From contig NZ_SODD01000019.1 in the NCBI RefSeq assembly GCF_004365815.1, forward strand, positions 9,044 to 41,043: 32,000 nt of DNA. Direction: 5' to 3'. The notes below the pieces were generated by a model. That model did no database searches. It was not told the DNA's origin and was given only the letters and a program-made list of their open reading frames with translations. Below, piece after piece: positions 15,358 to 24,713 of this stretch. The position numbers and the translations under genes were made by a program. How positions within the stretch are numbered: position 1 is the first letter of the stretch; each line of letters starts with the position of its first letter. This stretch comes from Breznakia blatticola. Lineage in GTDB: Bacteria > Bacillota_I > Bacilli_A > Erysipelotrichales > Erysipelotrichaceae.

Positions 15358-17055
15358 CTACATACTTTCAGCAATTTTCTCTTTAACAAATGAGACAACT
15401 GTGTTTGAAGCAATTTCTTCTTTTTCTGTTGTACGTGTTTTGAATTCCACAATACCTTCACCAGCTTTTTTACCAACTGTGATACGTAAAGGAATTCCAA
15501 TAAGTTCATTATCTTTGAATTTTACACCCACACGTTCATCGCGATCATCATACAGTACTTCAACGCCTTGTGCTTGTAAGTCTTCATATAATGCATCAGC
15601 AAGTTTTACTTGTGCTTCATCTTTTACATTTACGATAATGATTTCCACTTGATATGGTGCGACACTCATTGGCCAAACAATTCCATTTTCATCATTGAAC
15701 TGTTCAACGATTGCAGCCATACAACGTTGCACTCCAATACCATAACTTCCCATCACAACAGGGTGTAATTTCTGTTCTTTATCAAGATAGTTGAAGTTCA
15801 TGCTTTCTGCATATTTCGTACCTAATTTAAATGTATTCCCAACTTCAATACCTCGTGCAAAGTTCAATTTACCACCACATTTAGGACATACATCTCCTTC
15901 ATGTACACTTACGATATCTGCTTGTTTATATACATCGAAATCTTTTACGTTTACATTTTTGTAGTGGTGATCAGTTTTGTTTGCACCTGTAATAAAGTTT
16001 TTCATATTAGCAACTTCATTATCCATTACAACTTTGATTTCTAGACCGATTGGACCAGCAAAACCAACTTTTGCATGAGTTGCTTGTTCCACCTCATCAA
16101 ATGTAGCAAGTTCCATTTCATTAGCACCTAATAATTTAAGTACTTTTGTTTCGTTAAGTTCACGATCCCCTTTCATCAAGAAAGCGTAAAGTTCACCATC
16201 TACATTGTAGATTAATGTTTTCACAAAACTTGTTACTGGTTGATTAAAGAATGCAGCAACTTCTTCAATGGTTTTCGCATTTGGCGTTTCTACCATTTCA
16301 TAAGCAAGTTCTACTTCATCACTTGGATTTCCTTGAATTACAACTGGTGTAATTTCTAAGTTACTTGCTAAATCACATGAGTCACAAAGAACTACAGTGT
16401 CTTCTCCAATTTCCGTGATGGCTTGGAATTCTTCACTTAAAAGTCCTCCCATTGCTCCTGTATCTGCTTGTACAATTTTATAATTTAAATGCATACGATC
16501 AAAAATATTACAGTATGCATCAAACATCTTTTGGTAAGATACATCTAGTCCAGCTAAATCCACATCATATGAATATGCATCTTTCATTGTAAATTCACGC
16601 GTACGAATTAAACCATATCTAGGTCTAGTTTCATCACGGAATTTGTTTTGAATTTGGTATAGGTTGTATGGAAAATCTTTATAACTTGATCCATCCATCA
16701 TCCCTGCCATGGCAAATAATTCTTCATGTGTTGGTCCTAAGACATAACGTTTATCATTACGATCACGTAAAGCAAACATATTTGAACCAAATGCTTCACG
16801 ACGTCCACTGTTTTCATATACTTCTTCTGGGATAACCGTAGGCATCGTTAATTCTTGTGCCCCAGCTTTATTCATTTCATCACGAATGATGTCTTCAATT
16901 TTACGAATTACGCGTTGACCCATGGGCATTGTCATGTAGAACCCTGCGCTACTTTTTTTAATCATCCCCGCACGGACAAGCAAATTTCCACTGCGGCTTT
17001 CTTCATCTTTACTATCCTCGCGGATCGTATAGAAGAAACTATTTTTTAGTCTCAT
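15358..17055 (-). CDS. proS: prolyl-tRNA synthetase, bacterial type with INS editing domain
   Basis: 565 aa with GGAGG SD. N-terminal MRLKNSFFYTIREDSKDEESRSGNLLVRAGMIKK..., class II motifs (GPTHEE, FRDE.RPR.GL.R.REF.MKD) and the C-terminal anticodon-binding domain. Confidence 0.95.
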   Translation of the reverse strand: MRLKNSFFYTIREDSKDEESRSGNLLVRAGMIKKSSAGFYMTMPMGQRVIRKIEDIIRDEMNKAGAQELTMPTVIPEEVYENSGRREAFGSNMFALRDRNDKRYVLGPTHEELFAMAGMMDGSSYKDFPYNLYQIQNKFRDETRPRYGLIRTREFTMKDAYSYDVDLAGLDVSYQKMFDAYCNIFDRMHLNYKIVQADTGAMGGLLSEEFQAITEIGEDTVVLCDSCDLASNLEITPVVIQGNPSDEVELAYEMVETPNAKTIEEVAAFFNQPVTSFVKTLIYNVDGELYAFLMKGDRELNETKVLKLLGANEMELATFDEVEQATHAKVGFAGPIGLEIKVVMDNEVANMKNFITGANKTDHHYKNVNVKDFDVYKQADIVSVHEGDVCPKCGGKLNFARGIEVGNTFKLGTKYAESMNFNYLDKEQKLHPVVMGSYGIGVQRCMAAIVEQFNDENGIVWPMSVAPYQVEIIIVNVKDEAQVKLADALYEDLQAQGVEVLYDDRDERVGVKFKDNELIGIPLRITVGKKAGEGIVEFKTRTTEKEEIASNTVVSFVKEKIAESM

Positions 17056-17067
17056 AACAATTACCTC

Positions 17068-18291
17068 CTAATATACTTTTTCTCGCTTTGTCATAACTTT
17101 TCTTATCATATCATGTTTTTGCAGTTTTATATCTACTTTTGTGTATAAAACTTGCATTGGATTTCGTGCAACATCCACGATTTCTCCATCTTCATCATAC
17201 AATGTATCAACTTTAAAATTAGTGTTATCTAAACTTGGTCCAAAAGCTTCTGCTTCATCACCAATCTTAAAATTATTACGTACTTCTAATTTTGCCATCT
17301 GCGTCTCTTGATCATAGTCAAGAACATATGCAATAAACTCTTGTGATACTCCAGCACCATTGACCCCATATAGATGGTCTTCCATCTTCGGTAAGCCTGC
17401 GTAAAATCCAGGTCCTGTTAAACGATTTTCTGCTTTGGCCAGTTCACGAACCACCCAATCAAAATCAGCATCTGTTAGTTGTCCAGTTTCTTGGTAAGTA
17501 TCAATAAGTTTGCGATAACTACGTACCACAGTAGCTAAATAATATGGACTTTTCATTCGTCCTTCAATTTTAAAACTTGCAACACCTGCATCAATTAATT
17601 CCGGTAAAAAACGCATCGCATTCAAGTCTTTACTACTCATTGAGAATAGATGATCTTCTTTATAAATTGGAACATCTTTATCATAGAGTTTATATTTCCA
17701 ACGACAGCTTTGTGCACATCCTCCTCGATTTGCATCACGTAGTGTCATCGAATTTGACATCGTACATCTACCCGAATAGGAAATACACATTCCACCGTGA
17801 ATAAATACTTCTACAGGAAGTTTTGCATGTTGCATCGTTGCTTTAACATCATCTAGTGTACACTCTCTAGCAAGTACGACACGATTCATTCCTTGTTTTT
17901 CATAGAAATCAATAACACCACTATTGGTACTTGAGTGCTGTGTACTTACATGTACTTCCAAATTTGGTGCGACTTGCTTTGCTAGTTTCATGATATGAAA
18001 ACTAGCTACAATAATGGCATCCACGCCTACCCGTTCTAGATCTTTTAAGTAGGCTTCTAGTCCTTCTAGATCTTCTTCGTGTGGCAACATATTTACCGTT
18101 ACATGGACATGTGCACCATGTGCGTGAGCAAACTGTACACCTTCTGCAATATCTTCAATATCAAAATTACTTGCTCGTGAGCGTAATGAAAACTTCTTAC
18201 CACCTAAATAGACAGCATTTGCCCCATAACGAACGGCAACCTTCAGTCTGGCTAAATCACCAGCTGGTGCTAATAATTCAACCTTTCTCAT
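17068..18291 (-). CDS. peptidase U32 family protein, YrrO/TrhP-type (tRNA U34 5-hydroxylation-associated family)
   Basis: U32 signature EVFIHGGMCISYSGRCTMS...GGCAQSCRWKY. The ATG overlaps the upstream TGA. B. subtilis yrrN-yrrO has the same short/long order. Confidence 0.85.
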   Translation of the reverse strand: MRKVELLAPAGDLARLKVAVRYGANAVYLGGKKFSLRSRASNFDIEDIAEGVQFAHAHGAHVHVTVNMLPHEEDLEGLEAYLKDLERVGVDAIIVASFHIMKLAKQVAPNLEVHVSTQHSSTNSGVIDFYEKQGMNRVVLARECTLDDVKATMQHAKLPVEVFIHGGMCISYSGRCTMSNSMTLRDANRGGCAQSCRWKYKLYDKDVPIYKEDHLFSMSSKDLNAMRFLPELIDAGVASFKIEGRMKSPYYLATVVRSYRKLIDTYQETGQLTDADFDWVVRELAKAENRLTGPGFYAGLPKMEDHLYGVNGAGVSQEFIAYVLDYDQETQMAKLEVRNNFKIGDEAEAFGPSLDNTNFKVDTLYDEDGEIVDVARNPMQVLYTKVDIKLQKHDMIRKVMTKREKVY

Positions 18292-19184
18292 TTTTTTGCT
18301 CCTGTCTTTGTATATAAAAATCCTTTGGTAATATTACGATCTTTTTGATTTCTTTCGTACTCTTGATAAAGTGCACGACCACTTTCAGGATGTTCTAATA
18401 CATAGCGATAGTCTTTAATGATTCGACAAAGTTCTTCTATTGTATAAAACATACTTTCAATTCGAAAATCATGCACGCCTGCACCAACAAAATCTTCCAT
18501 TTCTTCGAAACTAGCAAGTGTAAATCCAGTGTACATATGTGTACCACTAACATCTTCAAAGATCGGCATATGATCATCACGTTTTTCTTCAATCAAATAC
18601 AAGTCTTTATTTTCATATACTTTATGTTCACTATCAATAAACTTCATATAGTTTGTAAGCAATGTCCGTTTTGAGTGCATCATACTCAGTCTTCCATGTA
18701 TGATAACTTCAACACGACCTTGTACTTTAGAAGCAATAGATACAATATCTTCTAGTGTAATTTCACTAGCAAGTGTACACATTTGTAAGCCAAGATTTAA
18801 ATACTCTTGTACATCCAAATGGTTGGTTAGTAATGTATCAGGATTATATATTAATAAATCTGTCATATCCAGTTTACTTGCTTGTGTATATACAGCTAAA
18901 TCTGTAAAGTAAATACCATCAACATCTACTTCTTTAATAAAAGCAAGTTCTTCAAGTAATCTATCCAAATCACATTCCATAAAGAATGCATTCACATTCA
19001 CATAGAGATTCATTCCTAATGCTTTGGTTAGTCTTCTAACTTCCTGCAATTCATCATGACTTACATATATGGTTGAGGCAAAAGGAAAAGCATCAATTCC
19101 AACAAGAATTGATGTCGCTCCTGCTTCATTTAATTTTTTAATATCCGCCAATATATAAGGCGAAACAATAATATTTTCTTTCAT
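18288..19184 (-). CDS. peptidase U32 family protein, short YrrN-type paralog lacking the Cys-rich signature
   Basis: 298 aa, TIM-barrel-like U32 N-domain pattern (…EVIIHGRLSMMHSKR…). It is paired and overlapping with the longer U32 gene. Confidence 0.75.
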   Translation of the reverse strand: MKENIIVSPYILADIKKLNEAGATSILVGIDAFPFASTIYVSHDELQEVRRLTKALGMNLYVNVNAFFMECDLDRLLEELAFIKEVDVDGIYFTDLAVYTQASKLDMTDLLIYNPDTLLTNHLDVQEYLNLGLQMCTLASEITLEDIVSIASKVQGRVEVIIHGRLSMMHSKRTLLTNYMKFIDSEHKVYENKDLYLIEEKRDDHMPIFEDVSGTHMYTGFTLASFEEMEDFVGAGVHDFRIESMFYTIEELCRIIKDYRYVLEHPESGRALYQEYERNQKDRNITKGFLYTKTGAKK

Positions 19185-19270
19185 ATTTGCTATACTATTA
19201 TACTACAATCTATCTGTCAATTTTTAGGTTTTATAAAACTTTATTCTCTAAATCAACAAATACGCTCAAT

Positions 19271-19537
19271 TTACTTAATAGTTGCTTCTGTATATGCTTT
19301 CCTAACTGCTTTAGCAAGTTGATCTGTACAAGATGTTTGACGAATCCCACATAGATTTCCAAGTAATTTTTCTTCAATTAATTCAACGCTTGCTCCATCT
19401 AATAATTTTGAAATAGCTTGTAAATTCCCATTACAACCACCTTCAAATTCAATATTACTTATAGTATTCCCATCTAAATCAAAACTTATTTTCTGTGAAC
19501 ACGTATTTCGTGTCTTATATTCATAATGCATGTTCAA
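19271..19537 (-). CDS. TIGR03905-type TSCPD domain protein (4-Cys, function unknown)
   Basis: 88 aa with CSQKISFDL.GN.I.N.EF.GGCNGN...IS.L..G.........L.G..CG...TSC.DQLA.A. GAGGTGAGG SD. Confidence 0.85.
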   Translation of the reverse strand: MNMHYEYKTRNTCSQKISFDLDGNTISNIEFEGGCNGNLQAISKLLDGASVELIEEKLLGNLCGIRQTSCTDQLAKAVRKAYTEATIK

Positions 19538-19764
19538 ACCTCACCTCTAATTCTTACTGATAATAATTTACTATATTTTTCGTTTTTTTTATATCAAAAA
19601 TGAAGTTTTATTCTACATTTATTGTATAATTTCATATTTCGTTTTCAATTTACCTTTTACCTTATGCTCTTATCTATGAGTGCATGTAATTTACACACTA
19701 TGATTTATCACATAAAAACAGTCAAAGAACTACATGTGATTGAAAACAACGAATTCTACGAATA

Positions 19765-19793
19765 TTGAGAATTAAGAATTTCCATGGTATAAT
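19765..19793 (+). promoter_or_regulatory. sigma-A-type promoter (TTGAGA-17-TGgTATAAT) facing the EEP lipoprotein gene
   Basis: -35 TTGAGA 19765-19770, 17-nt spacer, extended -10 TGg + TATAAT 19788-19793. Confidence 0.55.
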
Positions 19794-19806
19794 TACATCA
19801 AAATTA

Positions 19807-19839
19807 TTGATAATAAAAAAAGTATTTTTTTATTATCAA
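19807..19839. repeat. perfect 15-bp-arm palindrome (ttgataataaaaaaa-gta-tttttttattatcaa)
   Basis: Read directly. It starts about 14 nt after the -10 element, i.e. at about +7 of the predicted transcript. Confidence 0.9.
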
Positions 19840-20012
19840 AGAATTATAAATAGCGTTCATGAGCAATACCAGATTTACTTTATATTCATTGGTTTCACCA
19901 CTGTGCGATATAAATCGCAAAGGTAGTATATGTATAGAAAATCATATACTTGAATTTCGATCTTTACAGTTTATTAAACTGAATAGATAAAAGACGGATA
20001 AGAGGAGGATTT

Positions 20013-20915
20013 ATGAAAAAATTATTTACCGTTTGCTTATTGATTGGAATTGTTTTAACTGGTTGTTCAAATAATACGGACAAACAAAAGGATGGGAGTG
20101 AAAAACCGGATCCAAACACTCTTGTTGTTGCTACATTTAATATTGACGCGAAAGCTCAACCTGATGTTCAAGCACAAAGAAAGCTGTTAGAGGATAACAA
20201 CGTAGATATCTTTGGAATTCAAGAAGTTGATAATAAAACCATTAGAAATTCATATGATGTTGCAGAGAAATTCAAAAATGACGTATACACAGATGTATTC
20301 TATAGCAATGCAATTGAGTTTCAAGGCGGAGAATATGGAATCGCTACTGTTTCAAAACACCCATTCACTTCATCAGATACCATGGAATTATTTAGTGGAC
20401 TATTCAAGGGTGAAGAACTTTTAGCTGAACTAAAAGAAGCATATAAAAACTTTGATCCAGAAATCAAAGAAACAGCAGATGCACTAGATGCAGTTGATGC
20501 AAAAGGACCGATTGAACCAAGAGTACTTCAAAGATCAGTAATTAGTGTAAACGGAAAAGATGTTGCTTTCTACAATACACACCTAAGTTGGGAAGATATC
20601 GAACTTAGAAAACAGCAACTAGAGTTTATCGCTAAAACACTTGATGAAGACAAATGCGAGTATAAAATTGTCGTTGGTGATTTTAATGTTGACCAAAATA
20701 CAAGAGAATTAGATCTATTTAAAGATAATTACAAGCTATCAAATGGAAAAGATGGTATTTGGCATGATACATATACTGGAGTAGACGAATCTATGAACTT
20801 GTATCATATCGATAATGTTATTGTATCTAAGAACATCAAAATTAAATCCGTAAAAATGGTTGATACAGATTTATCTGATCACAATCCATTAGTTGTTGAA
20901 TTGGAATTAAACTAA
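20013..20915 (+). CDS. endonuclease/exonuclease/phosphatase (EEP) family lipoprotein
   Basis: GAGGAGG SD and lipobox VLTGC|S. EEP motifs VATFNI, IFGIQEV, GDFNVD and SDHNPLVVEL. Confidence 0.85.
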   Translation: MKKLFTVCLLIGIVLTGCSNNTDKQKDGSEKPDPNTLVVATFNIDAKAQPDVQAQRKLLEDNNVDIFGIQEVDNKTIRNSYDVAEKFKNDVYTDVFYSNAIEFQGGEYGIATVSKHPFTSSDTMELFSGLFKGEELLAELKEAYKNFDPEIKETADALDAVDAKGPIEPRVLQRSVISVNGKDVAFYNTHLSWEDIELRKQQLEFIAKTLDEDKCEYKIVVGDFNVDQNTRELDLFKDNYKLSNGKDGIWHDTYTGVDESMNLYHIDNVIVSKNIKIKSVKMVDTDLSDHNPLVVELELN

Positions 20916-20977
20916 GACAATTAAGTAGTTTAGTTAATAATGAATTATAACAGCATAAGATAATTTACAATCGAAGA

Positions 20978-21016
20978 AGTAGCAAATTCATATATGTGAT
21001 TTTGCTACTTTTTTTA
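20978..21016 (+). terminator. intrinsic terminator after the EEP gene
   Basis: agtagcaaa (20978-20986) / tttgctact (21001-21009) followed by T7. Confidence 0.75.
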
Positions 21017-21019
21017 CAC

Positions 21020-21056
21020 AAAATTAAAAAGATGAACCGTCAATTTCAGGTTCATC
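21020..21056 (-). terminator. intrinsic terminator after hydA
   Basis: gatgaacc / ggttcatc 8-bp stem with a 10-nt loop. The minus RNA is followed by UUUUUAAUUUU. Confidence 0.75.
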
Positions 21057-21064
21057 TTTTCATT

Positions 21065-22801
21065 CTATAATTTTTCGCGTTTCACGTATGTTGTATGTAA
21101 CAATTCGTGTGCTTTACCATGTCCTGGTTTACCAAGGAATTCATCGTAAATTCTTGTAATTGTTGGCGTTTCGTGAGATACACGGTATTTGTCAGAATCA
21201 TCAATTTTGTATAGAACTTTTGCACGTTCTGTACGAACATCAATGTTGTTTCTAACTTTGTCGCGTGGAATGATTTGCCCTCCACCGTTAACACATCCTC
21301 CTGGACATGCCATAACTTCGATCATGTGGAATTCTTCTTTTCCTTCTTCGATTTCTTTCATTAACTTTCTTGCGTTAGCTAATCCAGAAACTACTGCAAC
21401 TTTAACTTCTAAGTTACCCATTTTGTAAGTAGCTTTTTTGATACCTTTTGTACCACGAACTTCATCGATTTCAACTTTATCAAATGTTGGATCAATGATA
21501 CGTCCAGCTGTACGAAGTGCAGCTTCCATAACTCCACCACTTGCTCCGAAGATTGTTCCTGCTCCAGAACCACATTCGAATGGATTATCGAAGTCTTCAC
21601 CATCTAATTTTTCAAATTGGATAGCTCCTTCTTTAATCATGTGTGCAAGTTCACGAGTTGTTAATGCTACATCAACATCTTGGTCATCGTGCCAGTGTTG
21701 TTCTCCACGTTTTGCTTCGAATTTCTTAGCTGTACATGGAATTACTGATACTACGAATAGATCTTTTGGATCGATATTTTCTTGTTCACAGTAGTAAGAT
21801 TTCAACAATGCACCAAACATTTGTTGAGGACTCTTACATGTACTTAAGTTAGGTAACATCTCTGGGTAATTGTGCTCAGCAAATTTTACCCATCCTGGAC
21901 AACATGAAGTAAACATTGGTAATACACCACCGTTACTTACACGGTCAACAAGTTCGTTAGCTTCTTCAACGATTGTTAAGTCAGCTGTAACATCCATGTT
22001 AAATACTGCATCAAATCCTAAACGACGGCTAGCAGCGATCATTTGGCTTTCAGCGTTTGTTCCAATTGGCATACCGAATGCTTCACCAATTTGTGCACGA
22101 ACACTTGGTGCTGTAAACATTACAACACGTTTGTTAGGGTCACTAATTGCATCCCAAACTTGTTTTTCGTGGTTTTTCTCAGAAAGTGCTCCAACTGGAC
22201 AAGCAACGATACATTGCCCACATCCAACACAAGGAGAGTTTTCTAAGTTACGTTCAAATGCACATCCGATGTGTGTATTGTGACCACGGTCAATTGCACC
22301 AATCGCATTAACTGCTTGCATTTGCACACAAGCACTTACACAACGACGACATAAGATACATTTGTTGTTGTCACGCACTACATATTCACTTGAGTTGTCG
22401 ATTTCATAACGAATTCCACTGTTTGGATATTTGTCTTCTTCAACTCCGTATTCTCTTGATAATTCTTGTAATTCACAGTTTGTGCTACGAACACAAGATA
22501 AACATTTTTTGTTGTGATCAGAAAGTAATAACTCTAAGTTACCTTTTCTTGCATCACGTACATTTTTTGTATTTGTAAAAACTTCCATTCCTTCTTCAGC
22601 TGGTAATACACAAGAAGCCGTTAAACCTTTACGACCTTTGATTTCTACCACACAAATACGACATGAAGCAATCGCACTTACTTCACGTAAGTAACATAAT
22701 GAAGGAATTTCTACACCTGCTAATTTAGCAGCGCTCATAACGGTAGTTCCTTTAGGAACAGTTACATCTATACCGTTAACTTTTAAATTAATATCGCTCA
22801 T
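21065..22801 (-). CDS. hydA: [FeFe] hydrogenase catalytic subunit (HydA/HndD type, with N-terminal 2Fe-2S and 4Fe-4S domains)
   Basis: H-cluster motifs TSCCPGW, PCTAKK.E and MACPGGCVNGGG, with an N-terminal 2Fe-2S ferredoxin-like fold and two CxxCxxCxxxCP motifs. I set the start at ATG 22801 (MSDINL...) because GGAGG lies 7 nt upstream. The track's ATG at 22816 overlaps the hydB stop and lacks an SD. Confidence 0.92.
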   Translation of the reverse strand: MSDINLKVNGIDVTVPKGTTVMSAAKLAGVEIPSLCYLREVSAIASCRICVVEIKGRKGLTASCVLPAEEGMEVFTNTKNVRDARKGNLELLLSDHNKKCLSCVRSTNCELQELSREYGVEEDKYPNSGIRYEIDNSSEYVVRDNNKCILCRRCVSACVQMQAVNAIGAIDRGHNTHIGCAFERNLENSPCVGCGQCIVACPVGALSEKNHEKQVWDAISDPNKRVVMFTAPSVRAQIGEAFGMPIGTNAESQMIAASRRLGFDAVFNMDVTADLTIVEEANELVDRVSNGGVLPMFTSCCPGWVKFAEHNYPEMLPNLSTCKSPQQMFGALLKSYYCEQENIDPKDLFVVSVIPCTAKKFEAKRGEQHWHDDQDVDVALTTRELAHMIKEGAIQFEKLDGEDFDNPFECGSGAGTIFGASGGVMEAALRTAGRIIDPTFDKVEIDEVRGTKGIKKATYKMGNLEVKVAVVSGLANARKLMKEIEEGKEEFHMIEVMACPGGCVNGGGQIIPRDKVRNNIDVRTERAKVLYKIDDSDKYRVSHETPTITRIYDEFLGKPGHGKAHELLHTTYVKREKL

Positions 22802-22815
22802 ATTTACCTCCTTCA

Positions 22816-24705
22816 TTACCCTCTCACTACTGCACTAAACTTACATGCATCCATACATGCACCACACTTGATACATTTGCTTTGGTCGATGACGTGAGGT
22901 TTTTTCACTTCACCTGAGATACAACTTACTGGACACTTACGTGCACAAGCTGTACATCCAATACATTTGTCTTCGATGATTGAATATTGTAGTAAGTCTT
23001 TACATACACCTGCTGGACATCTTTTATCCACGATGTGTGCTAAATATTCATCTCTAAAGTGTTTTAGTGTAGAAACTACTGGGTTACTTGCTGTTTGCCC
23101 TAAAGCACACAGTGAAGACGTTTGCATTTGTTTAGATAATTCTTCAATTGTATCTAAATCGCTAAGTTCTCCATTTCCAGAAGTAATTTTTTCAAGAATT
23201 TCGTATAGACGTTTTGTACCGATACGACATGGTGTACATTTTCCACAAGACTCATCAACTGTAAAGTCTAAGTAGAATTTCGCAATATCCACCATACATG
23301 TATCTTCATCAAGCACAATAAGTCCACCTGAACCCATCATCGATCCAAGTTTTACTAAGTTATCAAAGTCAATTGCAACATCCATTTGGCTTGCAGGAAT
23401 ACATCCTCCAGAAGGTCCTCCTGTTTGTGCAGCTTTGAATTTTTTACCGTTTGGTACTCCACCACCGATTTCGTTAACAATTTCACCTAATGTGATTCCC
23501 ATAGGAACTTCCACTAGACCAACGTTTTTAACTTTACCACCGATAGCGAATACTTTTGTTCCACGACCACCTTCAGTACCCATGCTAGAGAACCATTCAG
23601 CTCCCTTAAGGATAATTTGTGGCACGTTAGAGTATGTTTCTACGTTATTAAGTACTGTTGGTTTACCAAATAACCCTTTAACAGCAGGGAATGGTGGACG
23701 TGGTCTTGGTTCTCCACGGTTACCTTCAATACTTGTAATAAGTGCTGTTTCTTCCCCACAAACGAAAGCTCCAGCTCCTAAACGAATTTCCATATCGTAG
23801 TCGAATCCAGTTCCGAAAATATCTTTTCCTAAGAATCCGTCACGACGTGCTTGGTCAATCGCAATTTGTAAACGTTGTACAGCAATTGGGTATTCAGCAC
23901 GTACGTATACGAAACCATGGTTGGCTCCAATTGCGTAAGCAGCTAATGCCATCGCTTCAATAATAACATGTGGATCACCTTCAAGAATTGAACGGTCCAT
24001 GAATGCTCCTGGATCCCCTTCATCGGCGTTACATGCTACATATTTTGTACCATTTTCTTCTCTAGCCGCAAATGACCATTTAAGACCTGTAGGGAATCCT
24101 CCCCCTCCACGTCCTCTTAGTCCGCTGGCTTTTATTGTGTCAATTACATCTTCAGGAGTCATTTCCGTTAATGCTTTGTATAACGCTTGGTATCCATCAG
24201 TTGCAATGTATTCTTCAATTTTTTCTGGGTCAATAACCCCACAATTTCTTAAAGCAACACGTTTTTGTTTCTTATAGAAATCTGTATCTTGTAGAGGAAG
24301 CACTTTACCTTCAGGACTTACTGTATCTTCATATAATAAGTCTGTACACACTTCTCCCCCGATAATGTGTTTATTTAAAATAATATCCATACTTTCTGGA
24401 GTTACTTGTGAATAGAATACTCCTTCTGGATAAACAAGTACGACTGGTCCTAGCGCACATAAACCAAAACATCCTGTTTTTACAACTAATACTTTATCAG
24501 TTAAGTTGTTTTCAGCTAATACTGTATCAATTTGGTCAGCTAGTTTACGTGAACCTGATGAAGTACATCCTGTACCCGCACAAATAACAATTTGTTTTTC
24601 ATATTCACTATCTTGAACTAGTGCCCCATGAGAGTTTAATGCTTGACGTACGTGAACCACGTTTTCATAACGTTTTTTAATATTTTGTAATGTTTCGAAA
24701 TCCAT
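22816..24705 (-). CDS. hydB: NuoF-like flavoprotein subunit of bifurcating-type hydrogenase (HydB/HndC), NAD(P)H/FMN binding with Fe-S domains
   Basis: N-terminal thioredoxin-like 2Fe-2S domain (CAGTGC...CFGLC), GRGGGGFPTG FMN/NADH site, ESCGKCTPCR 4Fe-4S and C-terminal 2x CxxCxxCxxxCP. Confidence 0.9.
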   Translation of the reverse strand: MDFETLQNIKKRYENVVHVRQALNSHGALVQDSEYEKQIVICAGTGCTSSGSRKLADQIDTVLAENNLTDKVLVVKTGCFGLCALGPVVLVYPEGVFYSQVTPESMDIILNKHIIGGEVCTDLLYEDTVSPEGKVLPLQDTDFYKKQKRVALRNCGVIDPEKIEEYIATDGYQALYKALTEMTPEDVIDTIKASGLRGRGGGGFPTGLKWSFAAREENGTKYVACNADEGDPGAFMDRSILEGDPHVIIEAMALAAYAIGANHGFVYVRAEYPIAVQRLQIAIDQARRDGFLGKDIFGTGFDYDMEIRLGAGAFVCGEETALITSIEGNRGEPRPRPPFPAVKGLFGKPTVLNNVETYSNVPQIILKGAEWFSSMGTEGGRGTKVFAIGGKVKNVGLVEVPMGITLGEIVNEIGGGVPNGKKFKAAQTGGPSGGCIPASQMDVAIDFDNLVKLGSMMGSGGLIVLDEDTCMVDIAKFYLDFTVDESCGKCTPCRIGTKRLYEILEKITSGNGELSDLDTIEELSKQMQTSSLCALGQTASNPVVSTLKHFRDEYLAHIVDKRCPAGVCKDLLQYSIIEDKCIGCTACARKCPVSCISGEVKKPHVIDQSKCIKCGACMDACKFSAVVRG

Positions 24706-24713
24706 ATGTTTCC

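Noticed and set aside
17056-17067. Possible T-box or attenuator leader for proS
   Set aside because: Only 12 nt separate proS from the upstream U32 gene, leaving no room for a leader RNA. proS is evidently co-transcribed.
19185-19270. gttttataaaac palindrome (within 19185-19270) as a terminator between the TSCPD gene and the U32 operon
   Set aside because: It is an all-A/U 5-6-bp stem with no convincing U-tract, too weak to call. Whether the TSCPD gene is co-transcribed with the U32 genes stays open.
22802-22816. Upstream ATG (MKEVNMSD...) as hydA start
   Set aside because: It overlaps the hydB stop and has no SD. The ATG at 22801 is preceded by GGAGG at ideal spacing.
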